Shown here: one piece after another, positions 37,394 through 49,700 of the stretch
Layout: every line of letters starts with the position of its first letter
Position numbering within the stretch: the first letter of the stretch is position 1
Assembly: GCF_036365525.1 (NCBI RefSeq)
Contig: NC_090416.1
Location: 14,976,945 to 15,040,944 of the forward strand
DNA length: 64,000 nt
Direction: 5' to 3'
From: Heterodontus francisci
Lineage: Eukaryota
The notes under the pieces: generated by a model
Told to the model about the DNA's origin: nothing
What the model saw: the letters and a program-made list of their open reading frames with translations, nothing else
Database searches by the model: none
Translations under genes and position numbers: made by a program

Positions 37394-39519
37394 GAACCCG
37401 GATGGTTTCTATCCGGTGAATTATGGAGCAGACAGGATTTGCAAAAGAACCCAGAACCTTGCCAAAATAAGAATGCAGCCAAGGAAACTCCCATCAAATA
37501 CCGAAACTGTCTCCATGCACTGGCCAGGGTTTACAAAGACTGTCCGGCTCGTTTCCTTAAATGTAAAAGAACGTGTTTTCAATATTGTTAAGGATATTTT
37601 ACAGTGTTAGTGTAATTCAAGTGTGCAAAACATGAAGCAATGAATCAAGGGTTTTCCCGTTTGAGTTTCGCTGAGGCTTTTCTGCTGATCCTGCAGCTCC
37701 AGTCACTGACAGGATTTTGTTTTTTGGTTAACGCCTGCATGTAAATGAAATAAATTATTCTTTGACTATAACAATGCACCAGAAGTTTGTAATGATCAAT
37801 AATTAGCTTAGAATTAAAGGTCATCTGGATAAAACTTCAATTCCCGTTGAACTGACAGGTTCAGACCTAGCTTGGGATACTGTTAGTGGAGAGTTTCTCC
37901 AGCGGAGCTGTAATAGGCTTATTCATTTACAGAATATGAACAAAGCAGAGGAGAGGGGGGAGGAAGTGGTGTTGATTACATTAGCAATCTGGAGGCCCAG
38001 GCTGATCGTTTGGGGGCATGGGCTCAAATACCACCATGGGAAATAAAGCTAGACTCAGTGATGGTGACCATGAAAACATTGTCAATTGTTGGAAAAACAC
38101 GATCTGATTCACGAATATCCTTCAGGCAATCTGCCATCCTTACCTGCCTACATGTGACTCCAGAGTGGTTGCCTTTTAACTACCCTCTGATATGGTCGAA
38201 TTACAGAACCAAAGCGGGTAAATTGAGTTAAGAGACAGATCAGCCATGATCTACTTGAATGGGGAACAAGCTCGAGGGGCTGAATGGCCTCCTCCAGTTC
38301 CTATACACCTGTTGCCAGTAGGATTATCTGTTCAAATATTAATAGGAAAATTGAGGACAGATGTCAGGAGGTTCATCACACAGAGAGTGATCAGCACCGG
38401 GAATCGTCCTCTGGGTAGGGTGGGGTGTGTGAACTCCTCTGGAGTCATTTCAGAAACAGTTCGCTGTCCTGAAGGGCGAGGAGAACAGAACCTTCCTGGG
38501 TGGATGAGCTGTGTTGAGCAGAATGACCTTTTCCATCTGCATCATCTAACAAGTGTCTCCAAATCCTCTTTGCAATATCTATACAGCAAAGTAAAACGCT
38601 GTGAATTTAGGAATGTTTTTATCTGCTCCGGACATGAATCACAAGAGGTTGCCGGTTAGATCAATTATCCAGTAATCATCACACCAATGGTCTCAGTCCC
38701 AGCTTTTTAACATATATGAAATTAATGGTGGACCCGGAATATATTGCTCCATCTCAGTGAACCATTGAACTCACACATTTGACTGATTTTCTAAAGTGGA
38801 GAGCAAATTGTGCTTGTGAATTATTCACATCGTCAGCAAACCGTTTGCAGACACAGCCGATGGATTCTGTTTTCAGAAATATTCGATACTGACATTTATT
38901 TGGAAGGGATTAATTTCCAGGATTGTGTGGAGGCCGCTAGGGTGTGAGTCTAAATTGCACTGCTCTTTCAAAGAGCCGGCACATGGGTAAGGGGCCGAAT
39001 TGCCTTCCTTTGTACAGTGTCTATGATTCCATAACAGGAGGTGAAAAGCACCACAACTTTACTGCCTAAATCGCAGAACTACATGCTCAAGAGCAGGTTG
39101 ATTTAAAATATTGTGTTTGAAGAGTAAATGTAACAGTGTTCACTCCCAGGACACAATCAGAGAAAGCTCGGCTTCACTAGCACTGCAGCTTGAACATTAA
39201 TGCAGCTTAAATCCCGAGTCAGTGCCTGAACTCTCCTGTCAGTCCTTCTGCCCACTTTTACCCGCACACATTTGCTCTCGAAATGTCTTTGTAAATTGGT
39301 CTGAGAGATCTCCTGAGCGAATCTAGACCGGCACAGAATCTAGACCGAACCATTAAACAAATGGAATCGCAAACCTATTATTGGTTTACAAACCTCTTTT
39401 ATTGTATTTGTAACTCGGACACTGATACATTGTAAAGATTGTCTGAATTATATCCCGCTCACATGCTGTATAAAGATGCACAATGCAATTTAAAATTACA
39501 AATCCAAGCGACAGTGTTC

Positions 39520-39805
39520 GGCACAATGGCGCAGTGGTTAGCACCACAGCCTCTCAACTCCAAGGACCCGCATCCGATCCTGGGTACTGCCAATGCGGAG
39601 TTTGCAGTTTCTTGTAGATTTCAACCGGGTGCTCCGTTTTCCAAGCCAAAGACTTGCAAGTTGGTAGGTGAATGGGTCATTGTAAATTGTTCCTAGTGTC
39701 GGTAGGTGGTAAAGAGCATGGGATTACTGCAGGGTTAGTATAAATGGGTGATTGTTGGTCGGCACAGCCGAAGGGCCTGTTTCAGTACTGTATCTCTAAA
39801 TAAAA
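39520..39805 (+). mobile_element. tRNA-derived V-SINE (HE1-like), degenerate
   Basis: tggcgcagtggttagcac A-box region, V-domain-like core, CR1-like 3' end. Confidence 0.7.
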
Positions 39806-40026
39806 ATCAAAAGTGAAAACATGTAGCAACTGAAACATCAGGCGGTATATCCCCGTGAGAATGGCGGACGTTCTGAGATCATTCACAGTTTACGTTTTGG
39901 GTGCAATCGGACTATTGCCACCAAATGTGGCTGAAATTTCGCTCTACGACACGGCCAAGCAGAGGAAACTTTCTACAACACGTCATATCCCTGAAGCAGA
40001 GTATGAGCGCTCCCTTTCTTTCTTCA

Positions 40027-41857
40027 TCAGAGTGTGGGATCCCCGTTAAATGCCAGGCAAGCACAAAGTGTCTGTGAGAGAAAACAGAAACCATTTACGT
40101 AACCCAGACAATCATCATAGGAACAGGAGGAGGCCATTCAGCCCCTCCAGTCTGTACCACCATTCAATTAGATCATGACTGATATGTATCTTCATTCCAT
40201 CTACCCGCCTTGGTTTTGTAACCCTTAATCCCCTCAACCAACAAAAATCTATCACACTCTGTTTTGACAATTTCAATTGACCCCCAGCCTCAACCGCTTT
40301 TTGGCGGAGAGAATTCCAGATTTCCACTCCCCTTTGTGTGAAGAAGTGCTTCCTGATATCACCACTGTTCGGCCTGGCTCTAATTTTAAGGTTCTGCCCC
40401 CTTGATCTGGACTCTCCCTCCCCCACCAGAGCAAATAATTGTCTCTATCGACCCTATCGAATCCTTTAATCGTCTTTAACTCCTCAGTTAGATCACCCCT
40501 TAATCTTCTCTAGACAAGGGAGGACAAGCCGAGTCTGCAAAACCTTATAACTTAGCCTCAGTATCATTCTAGTAAACAATCATTCTGTTGCTATTTATCA
40601 TTACTAACTTAAAATATCCACAAGTATAGCCATAGTAAATTTACTTTGAATTCCTTCACTGGGTAAACACTGCAAATCTGCAGTGTTCACACTAATCCAA
40701 TAACTGGGAATCGCAAATGTCGGGTGCAAAATAGTGAGAGGAATCTACACGTGCAACGTAAAAGCGGTTTCATTCTTATTCATGTTACTAATTCACGTGG
40801 TCTGGAATCCGGCAGTTCCTCATCACTGTTCATGTTGCCTGATGGAAAAGACACTTTTTTCTTTTGGGCCTCCTTATCTCGAGAGACAATGGATACGCGC
40901 CTGGAGGTGGTCAGTGATTATGGAGTGACCTCTCCATGGCGCATGCCTGGGCAAATTTATGGAGGTTGAGAGTTGCCCAGTCGTCAAAACCCCCCTCTCG
41001 GCCTTTCTGGTGGGGTCCAAAGGAGTGCAGGACACGACGTTTGGCACCAGTATGGCTGCAGGAACTGCCGGAAACATGCCAAAGGTGACACATGACCGCC
41101 TACGGGGTTCCGCTCCGGATTTTCTGTTAGGGTTTACTCCCTTAGCCTTGGTCTCTCCCGAGACGCCCACAAGGCAGTGGGGTTGTTGGGGCCCCTACAC
41201 AGGTGTAGGATGGTGCCGGTGGGAGGAGGGGATGCAAGGGGGAGGGGTAGAGGGAGGGGGGGTGCAGGGGAAGGGGGTGCGGGGTGAAGATGGTGCGAGG
41301 GGGGGCGGGCTGGGACGGGGTTGTGAGGGGGTGAGCTGAGAGGGTGGAGCAGGGAAGGGGACGGGGGTGGGGTGGGGGGGGGGGGTGGAAGGGGGGTAAA
41401 GGGGGGGGAGGGGGGGTGGAATCTGGAAAAGACACTTAAACTGACTCTAAATGTCCACATTTCACACTGAACCAGTCGGCTAACGTGTAAAGAGCAAATA
41501 ACAGAGTAAAAATGGATGCATTGAGAGCGCCGCGGAAGTGCAGCGCCTCCCGAAAATCGGTACCTGACTGCCGCTTCCTGCAGCTTCGTCCCACGGTGAA
41601 TACAACCATCCCGAGAAGGAGAAGCGCCACCGCCGACAACCTCCCATAAATCAGTAAACCGCAAGAGGTGTGTAGCGGAGACTCTGCAAAAAAAAACTTA
41701 CGTCAATGAAGTTTGTGAGGAGTAGCTAAACAAGTGAATAAATTTGGCAAAGCTTAATGTGCAATTTCACACGCAAATCAGAAATCGGTTTTACATCTTC
41801 CAGCATCCTTACATGCAGCAGATATCTTATAGCAGACTGTTCAAATCGGAGAGAAAC

Positions 41858-41892
<35 letters not shown>

Positions 41893-42309
41893 ACACACAA
41901 GAACACAGAAATTGGAGTAGGTGTAGACCATATGACCCATCGAGCCTTCTCCGCCATTCAGTACGATCATAGCTGATCTTCGGATTCAACTCCACTCTCC
42001 ATGGTCCTTGATTCCCCGCAGCACCACAAACCTGTTTACCCAGCCTTAACTATATTCAACAATGGAGCATCCACAACTATCTTTTAGTGAAGAAGCTTCT
42101 CCTCATCACTGTCCTAAATGATCCGCCACTTATCTTGACACTGTGCCCCGTGTTTTAGATACCCCGACCACCGGAAACAATTTCTCAGTGTCTACCCTAT
42201 CCAGCCCCTTCAGAATCTTATATTTTCAATGAGATCACCTCTCATTCCTCTCATCTCCAGATAATACAAACCAAAGAGAGGGAAAGAGAGAGGGGGAGAG
42301 ATAGATAGT

Positions 42310-42376
<67 letters not shown>

Positions 42377-42454
42377 GTAGATAAATAGAGAGAGAGAGAG
42401 ATCGAGAGATAGAGAAAGAGCGATGGAGAGGTAGATAAATAAATCCATAAATAG

Positions 42455-42504
<50 letters not shown>

Positions 42505-43503
42505 GTAGGGAGAGAGAGATAGAGAGACAGAAATAAGTAGATAGATAGATAGCTAGTGATAGAGAGATAGAGAAAGAGTGATAGATAAAGAGAGGTAGAT
42601 AGATAGGTAGATCAATAAATAGAGATAGATAGATAGACAGACAGATAGATTGATTGATAGATACTTAGCTAGATAAATATAGAAGCATAGATAAATATGT
42701 ACACAGATATGGACAGATAGGGCAGCACAGTGGCGCAGTAGGGCAGCACAGTGGAGCAGTGGTTAGCACCGCAGCCTCACAGCTCCAGCGACCCGGGTTC
42801 AATTCTGGGTACCGCCTGTGTGGAGTTTGCAAGTTCTCCCTGTCTCTGCGTGGGTTTCCTCCGGGTGCTCCGGTTTCCTCCCACATGCCAAAAGACTTGC
42901 AGGGTGATAGGTTAATTGGCCATTATAAATTGCCCCTAGTATAGGTAGGTGGGAGGGAAATATAGGGACAGGTTGGGATGTGGTAGGAATATGGAATTAG
43001 TGTAGGATTAGTATAAATGGGTGGTTGATGGTCGGCACAGACTCGGTGGGCCGAAGGGCCTGTTTCAGTTCTGTATCTCTAAACTAAACTAAACTAAACT
43101 AAACAGATAGCTAGCTGGATAGATACAGAGAGAGAGAGAGAGAGAGATGGGCAAATAGAGAGACAGATAGAGAGATAGCGAGTTGGATAATTATTTAGAC
43201 AGATAGATATCGGTAGATAGATCGAGAAATATTTAGATAGATAGGTAGACGGATAGATAGATTCGGTAGACGGATGATCGATAAATATTTAGATCCATGG
43301 ACAGATTGACAGATCGATTAATAGATAGATAGATAGATAGATGGAGAGATAAGTAGATAGATCGATAGAGAGAGAGAGTGACTGAGAGATAGAGAAAAAG
43401 CGATAGAGAGGTAGATAAATAGATCAATAAATAGAGATAGATGGATAGATAGATAGATAGAGAGATAGATAGATAGGTAAGTAGAGAGAGAGAGAGAAAT
43501 AAG

Positions 43504-43543
<40 letters not shown>

Positions 43544-43910
43544 GTGATAGAGAGATAGAGAAAGATTGATAGATAAAGAGAGGTAGATAGATAGGTAGAT
43601 CAATAAATAGAGATAGATAGATAGACAGACAGATAGATTGATTGATAGATAATTAGCTAGATAAATATAGAAAAATAGATAAATATGTACACAGATAGCT
43701 AGCTAGATAGATACAGAGAGAGAGAGAGAGAGATGGGCAATTAGAGAGACAGATCGAGAGATAGCGAGTTGGATAATTGTTTAGACAGATAGATATCGGT
43801 AGATAGATCGAGAAATATTTAGATAGATAGGTAGATGGATAGATAGATTCGATAGAAGGTAGATCGATAAATATTTTGATCCATGGACAGATTGACAGAT
43901 CGATTAATAT

Positions 43911-43976
<66 letters not shown>

Positions 43977-46119
43977 GGATGGATGGAATGATTCATACAT
44001 AGATAGATCAATAAATATTTAGATAAATACAGACAGATTGCTAGATTGCTGGATCGATTGTTGGATAATTATTTAGGTCGATGGATGGATCGATAGATAG
44101 ATAAATAGATAGAGAGATAGATAGATGCACAGACAGATAGATAGATACACAGACAGGCAAATAGACAGACAGACAGATTAATAGGTAATCATACACAGAC
44201 ATGCCAAACGAAAGCGGTGGACTGGAAATATAATCACATCTTCCAACTTTACGCAAAGACCGATCAGACAGAAACTGATCTCCAATTATGAAAAGATGGC
44301 CGTGCTAGATATTAGAACTTATCATACAGAAAGATAAACACTGAATATTAAGAGATATGCGACAGGTCAATGATGAGATCATTATGTATGGACACGTGGA
44401 AAGACAGAGGCTTGTAATGTACAAACTTATTCTGTGAAAAAATCAGTCTCACATCAGCATTAAATACATTAGTAAAGGGTCACTGTTAATAGTCACCTCT
44501 CTGAGATGAGACACTTTCACTGATAAGATTCTCTGCCGAGTTGATTTGAGCAGTGCAAGTACAGAAAACGCCGCTGCTCCAGGTTTCCACCAAGACGCTG
44601 ATGTGACTCCTGATACTGTATGTCCCATCCTCGTCTATTGTCCCGGAATCGGTCTGTCCCTCGGTAACCTGTCCGGAAACATTCCAGCGGATGGGAAGGG
44701 AATGGGGAGACAGGCCTCTTACCAAACACATCAATGGGACCCTTTCCATGGAGGAAATTTCAGCCGACGGCGGAGTCAAGAGAAACACGGCCGGGGGACC
44801 CTCTACAGTGGGGAAATGAAACAGAAACCGAATCAACAGTTTTAAAGGACACATTTTAGTTGATGTGTTAATGTCCAACTGAATGAAATATTCGTGAAGA
44901 TTTACCTGTAACCACCAGCGTGGAGCCATTTCCAAATATTCGGGCCATGTTCTGGTGACTGCGGCTTGCACAGTAATACATCCCAGAATAATTTCTCTCT
45001 ACATTTGAAATCACCAGAGCATAATTACCCGATTTACCATCAACCTCACTGGAAAACCTTCCATCTGCAGGCTGTTGTTTGCTCACTTTGTAAAGGAGCT
45101 GCATGTCCCTCCGGTGCTGCTGTCTGTACCAGAAGACATAGCTAGCTACTAACCTTGTGGTGTAGCAATTCAGTTTAACACGGCTTCCCACAGGGACTGT
45201 TTGAATCGGCGGAGACTGGGACAAGACGGTCTGGGAGACAACAACTGAACAGGAGACAAAACATATTCACGTCAGGTTATGGACTGCGAAGACAAGCTTT
45301 GGCCAAGTTAAAGAAAAATATAAAATTAAGTCGAAAACCACATTGGTTCATGTGTCGGAAAATCGTGAACCCCGTGCACTATTAATCCTGGGTAACTGTG
45401 CGCCCACCGCGTTGACTGTGCCTTTTTTACCCTCACTTTCCAAAGGCGCAGACCGAGTCCATTCACCGCCAAATCTAGTTTTCTCACTGGGGAGGAACAT
45501 GGAAACTGTCTGAAGTTGAGATTTAAAGAGCCTGTTTCAAAGCTACATTTTCCAACTATGATTTTCCTCATCTACCTGGAGGAAATTCAGTTTCGGATTA
45601 ATTTCATTCACGGGTGTTGGTGATCCAATTCCATGTCGCTGTTATTATTGACTGGAGAACCTAGCTTTCAACTTAACTGAATAATTTCGCTTTTCTTCAT
45701 ATAATTGCGCGCTATGTCATCTTCTCGAATCACAAAGGCAGAAGAATTCCTTTCAACCAATCATGCCCGTGTCAACTCATTGAAAGAGCTATCCAATTAG
45801 TCCCACTTGCCCATCCCCTGCTCTGTCCCCATATCCCAACACATTTTTTTCCCTTCAAGTATTTATCCAATTCCCCTTTTGAAAGGTGCGTTCCATATCA
45901 CAACAACTCACTATGTTAAAAAAAAATCTCCTCATCTCCCCCTCTGGTTCTTTAACCAATTATCTTAAATCTGCGTCCCTCTGGTTACCGACCCTCCTGT
46001 CAGAGGAAACAATTTCTCCTTATTTCCTCTATGCAAACCGTTCTCCACTCTCACAGAATATGTCAGGATATCTCACCACGGATGAGATGGGACAAAGCGC
46101 AGATACCAAGGAAGATCAT
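40027..46119 (-). CDS. Receptor B: germline-joined VJ-C1 antigen-receptor-like membrane protein with TM arginine
   Basis: Leader 46119-46077 (MIFLGICALSHLIR), VJ 45244-44906, C1 44802-44497, TM 41683-41564 (ESPLHTSCGLLIYGRLSAVALLLLGMVVFTVGRSCRKRQS). Less certain tail exons 40838-40789 and 40071-40027 (GNMNSDEELPDSRPREL-TLCACLAFNGDPTL*). All phases fit. Confidence 0.8.
40855..41200. mobile_element. Unclassified interspersed repeat fragment followed by a G-rich tract (41220-41420)
   Basis: Starts at a T-run and is GC-richer than its flanks. Possibly RTE-related, unverified. Confidence 0.3.
42275..44200. repeat. (GATA)n/(GA)n simple-repeat array with an internal higher-order duplication, in the C1-TM intron of B
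   Basis: Long agat runs. Diagnostic interruptions repeat between about 42500-43500 and 43500-44000. Confidence 0.95.
42721..43102 (+). mobile_element. Full-length V-SINE (HE1-like) with (CTAAA)n tail and ACAGATAG target-site duplication
   Basis: tRNA-like head, V-domain, tail, and acagatag on both sides. Confidence 0.85.
44497..44802 (-). CDS. B C1 exon
   Basis: PPAVFLLTPPSAEI..LMCLVRGLSP..IRWN..DGTYSIRSHI..W..FCTC. Confidence 0.9.
44906..45244 (-). CDS. B VJ exon
   Basis: LNC..WYRQ..RFS..YSGMYYCASRSHQNMARIFGNGSTLVVT then GTAAAT donor. No RSS. Confidence 0.92.
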
Positions 46120-46296
46120 TGTCCGCGACTCAGACAGTGATCTGTGAGCTACTGGTCAGTAACTCACTGAGAAATCGTTCTCGTTAGATCGGTGCTGTAG
46201 GAGGTGTGAACTGAAGAGCGGTTGCGGAAATTGGGCTCTGTGTTTATTAATAAATGCACGACTGGGCTGGTGATAGTGCCGAGGTAGCCAGCTCTC

Positions 46297-46312
46297 TGTG
46301 GGTTTCCTGTTT
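46297..46312 (-). promoter_or_regulatory. ETS(-RUNX-like) site about 180 bp upstream of the B start codon
   Basis: AACAGGAAACCCACA on minus strand. Confidence 0.5.
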
Positions 46313-46406
46313 TTAGAAGGTCGAGTGCTGACAAGCACACATACAGTATCTGCTTTACAAAAAGACATACGTTTCTGCTCATATAAGTTAGAGCACACTT
46401 TACTGC

Positions 46407-46750
46407 TTTTTATTTATTTAGAGATACAACACTGAAACTGGCCCTTCGGCCCACCGAGTCTGTGCCGACCGTCAACCACCCATTTATACTAATCCTACAC
46501 TAATCCCATATTCCTACCACTTCCCCACCTTCCCTATATTCCCCGACCACCTACCTGTCCTCGGGGCAGTTTTATAAGGACCAATTTACCTATAAAACTG
46601 CAAGTCTTTGGCTGTGGGAGGAAACCGGAGCACCCGGCGAAAACCCACGTGGTCACAGGGAGAACTTGCAAGCTCCGCACAGGCAGTACCCAGAATTGAA
46701 CCCAGGTTACAGGAGCTGTGAGGCTGCGGTGCTAACCACTGTGCCGCCCC
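46407..46750 (-). mobile_element. V-SINE (HE1-like)
   Basis: Reverse complement of the 42721 family. Confidence 0.8.
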
Positions 46751-49700
46751 GAGTTACACTTGGAGTTACAGTTCAGAGTTCTGGTCTCCAGTTTATAGAA
46801 ATGTTATAGAGGCATGCAGAATGTGCAAGAAAGATTCACAAGGTTGAGAGGTTATAGCTATCAGGAAAGGTGAACTGGCACTTTTCTGCAGAAAATGACA
46901 TGAAATGCAGAGCACAGAAGCAGACGATTTGGCTCATCTGCTCCATGTCGGTGTTTCTGCTGCACACGAGCCTCCTCCCACTCCCATCTTCACCTCACCC
47001 TGTCAGCTTATACGTCTATTCCTTTCTCCCTCATGTGTTTATCCAGCTTCCCCTTAAATGTATCACTGCTATTCAACTCAACCACTCCCTGTGGTAGCGA
47101 GTTCCACATTTTCACCCCTCTCTGAGTGAGGATGATTCTCCTGAATTCCCAAAAGTATTTATTAATAACTATCATACATTCGTGACCCTTAATTCTCATC
47201 TCGCCCGCAAGTGGAAACATATTCACTACCGTTAGACAATAGCGGATAGCATCCATTAAGGCAGATCTGTAACAGGTGTGAGCACATATTTGAGGGATAG
47301 AGAATTCAGAGTCAATGAAGAAGGGTTATGAATGTAAAATAGAAACAAACAAGGCTCTCGGACAGTGCAGGAAACAGACTTGAGAACAAGAAATTACTGC
47401 GTTTTGTAAAAAGGAGGAGTCCTAGCATTAATGAGCACAAATGAATTGTTTCAGTATATGCATTTCTGTTTTGATTGTGAATGATGTAGATGTAACCACT
47501 AAACAGGGATCCGAAACTTCGAGAGACTGGAGTAAACCAAGTTCAACTTAGTGCTATATATAATTCCCAAAAATTAATTTCCGTAATCATTCTGGTACCT
47601 AACTGTTCACACAAGTGAATCTAGATAAATCAAATTAACTGGCAGTATCGACATCAGCTTCCAGATTCTGCAGGCACGGTGCACAGAACTGAACCTGGTT
47701 GCCATTTCCTGTCTGACATGGTGTTCTGCCCTCTCGTGGTGAGAGCACCCGGAGTGCAAAACATGGGTAGCTGTGGCTCCGCCCCTCGACAGACTTCAGA
47801 GACTCCCGGTGCAGTATTAACGGTTGGTCTATTTGAAGTAAGAAGATGCTTATTGGAGTTGATAGCGTAGATAGAGAGAAACTATTTCCTCTGGTGTGGG
47901 AGTCCAGACAAACAGGCATAACATTAAATTTAGAGCCAGACCGTTCAGGGGGTGATGTCTGGATGCGCTTACTCATACAAAGGAGCGTTGAAACCTGCAA
48001 CTCTCTCCCCCAATAAGCTATTGAGTCTGGGGGAGGGGTGGGGGGGGGGGGGTGGTAATGGTGGTGGAGGGGTGGGGGGGGGGTGGAAGGTCAAATCAAA
48101 TTGTCACAACTGAGATGGATAGATTTTTATTGGATAAGGGAACTAAGGAATAATGAAATCTACTCCACAACTTGAGTACTCCATACAGTTCTGGTCACCA
48201 CATTACAGGAAGGACGTGATTGCGCTGGAAAGGAGATTTACTCGGATGTTGCCAGGACTGGAGAATTTTGACTATGAGGGAAGATTGGTTAGGCTGAGGT
48301 TATTTTTCTTGGAACAGACGAAGCTGAGGGTGACTTAATTGATGTGTATAAAATTGTGAGCCTAGACAGAGTAAATAGGGAGGACCTATTTACCTTAGCA
48401 AAGGGGTCAAAAACCAGGGAGCATAGACTTAAAGCAATTGATAGAAGGATGAGAGGAGAGATCAGGAAACCCTTTTTCACCCAAAGGGTGATAGGGACCT
48501 GGAACGCACTGCCTGGAAGGATGGTAGAGGCAGAACCTCTCACCACATTTAAACAGTACTTGGATTGCCATTGGTTTGCCATTGTTATCAGACGTTTTGT
48601 GCTGGTAATTGTCAATGGAAGGACTGGCAGCGTAGACTGGAAATGTGAATTTCTTTTGAGAGTGCTACTATTTGGTGCACTCTTGTGTCGAAGGTGAGGC
48701 AGTACAAGCCTAAAAGGGCAATTTGCTCTGGACTCGATTCCCTCCAATGAGTGCTTCCTCAGTGATTTGCAGATCGGATGGCTTCTTAAAGAGTCTCAAA
48801 GCAGTGTCCCCATCAGCCATCCCCACGAATACAAAAGGACTAGTGGGCTATTGCTCAGGTGAAGTTTAATACCATCGATACAGAGGAGACATGCAGTTAA
48901 TTGCAGGGTTGCCAGTCATCAACCATTTTGATAGGAAGGAGAGGAGGACATTCAGCCCCTCGAGCTTGTTCCTACATTCAATTAGATCATGCCTGATCTG
49001 TGTCCTAATACTATCGACACACCGTGGTTCATTATCGCTTAATCCCATTACCAAATAAAAATCTATCCATCCCAGTTTTGACAATTCCGATTGAGACTGC
49101 CCACCACCTACCACCACACCCCCCCTCCCTCCACAGCCTCAATAGCTTTTTGGGGAGAGAGTTCCAGATTTCCACACCACTTTGTATGAAGAAATGCTTC
49201 CACATATCACCCATGAACGGCCTGGCTCTAATTTTAATGTTATGCCCCTTGGTCTGGACTCCCCCACCAGCCGAAATAGTTTCTCTCTTTCTACGCTTTC
49301 AACTCATTTAAGCATCTTAAGCACTTCAAATAGAGGACGCCTCAATACTGCACCGGGAGTCTCTGAAGTCTGTGGAGTCGGATGGAGTCACAGCTGCCCC
49401 TGCTTCGCACTCCGGAGTGTCTTCACCACAAGAGGGCAGAGGTCCATGTCAGATAAGAAGTGACAACCATGTTTAGTTCTGTACACCGTGCCTGCAGAAT
49501 ATGGGAACAGATGTAATTGGAGGGAAAATATGTAAATGAAGCTGCCATGATGAGACTATGCTACCACATAAACATAATTCCATAATAAGGCTCAGGCAAT
49601 GAGACTGGGATCATTCATACTTTAATAGCACATTATCGACATCGAATTTGCCAACATGGTCTATATAATTACCAAGGGAACTCACTTTGGGGTACCGAGA

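Noticed and set aside
39935-39955. VS*SEI (possible relic VxYxxI ITIM) downstream of the B stop
   Set aside because: Out of frame with the modelled exon and too short to distinguish from chance.
40959-41435. Gly-rich and Pro-rich ORFs
   Set aside because: Arise from a G-rich low-complexity tract and an adjacent repeat.
42721-42815. tRNA gene
   Set aside because: tRNA-derived head of a V-SINE, continuous with SINE body and tail.
42251-44256. YLSI-repeat ORFs
   Set aside because: Translations of (GATA)n simple repeats.
44497-45244. Gene B as a germline-joined Ig light chain or a TCR chain
   Set aside because: C1 ends in a splice donor leading to a TM exon rather than Cys-stop, the VJ-C intron is only 103 bp, and the C1 groups by motif with A1/A2.
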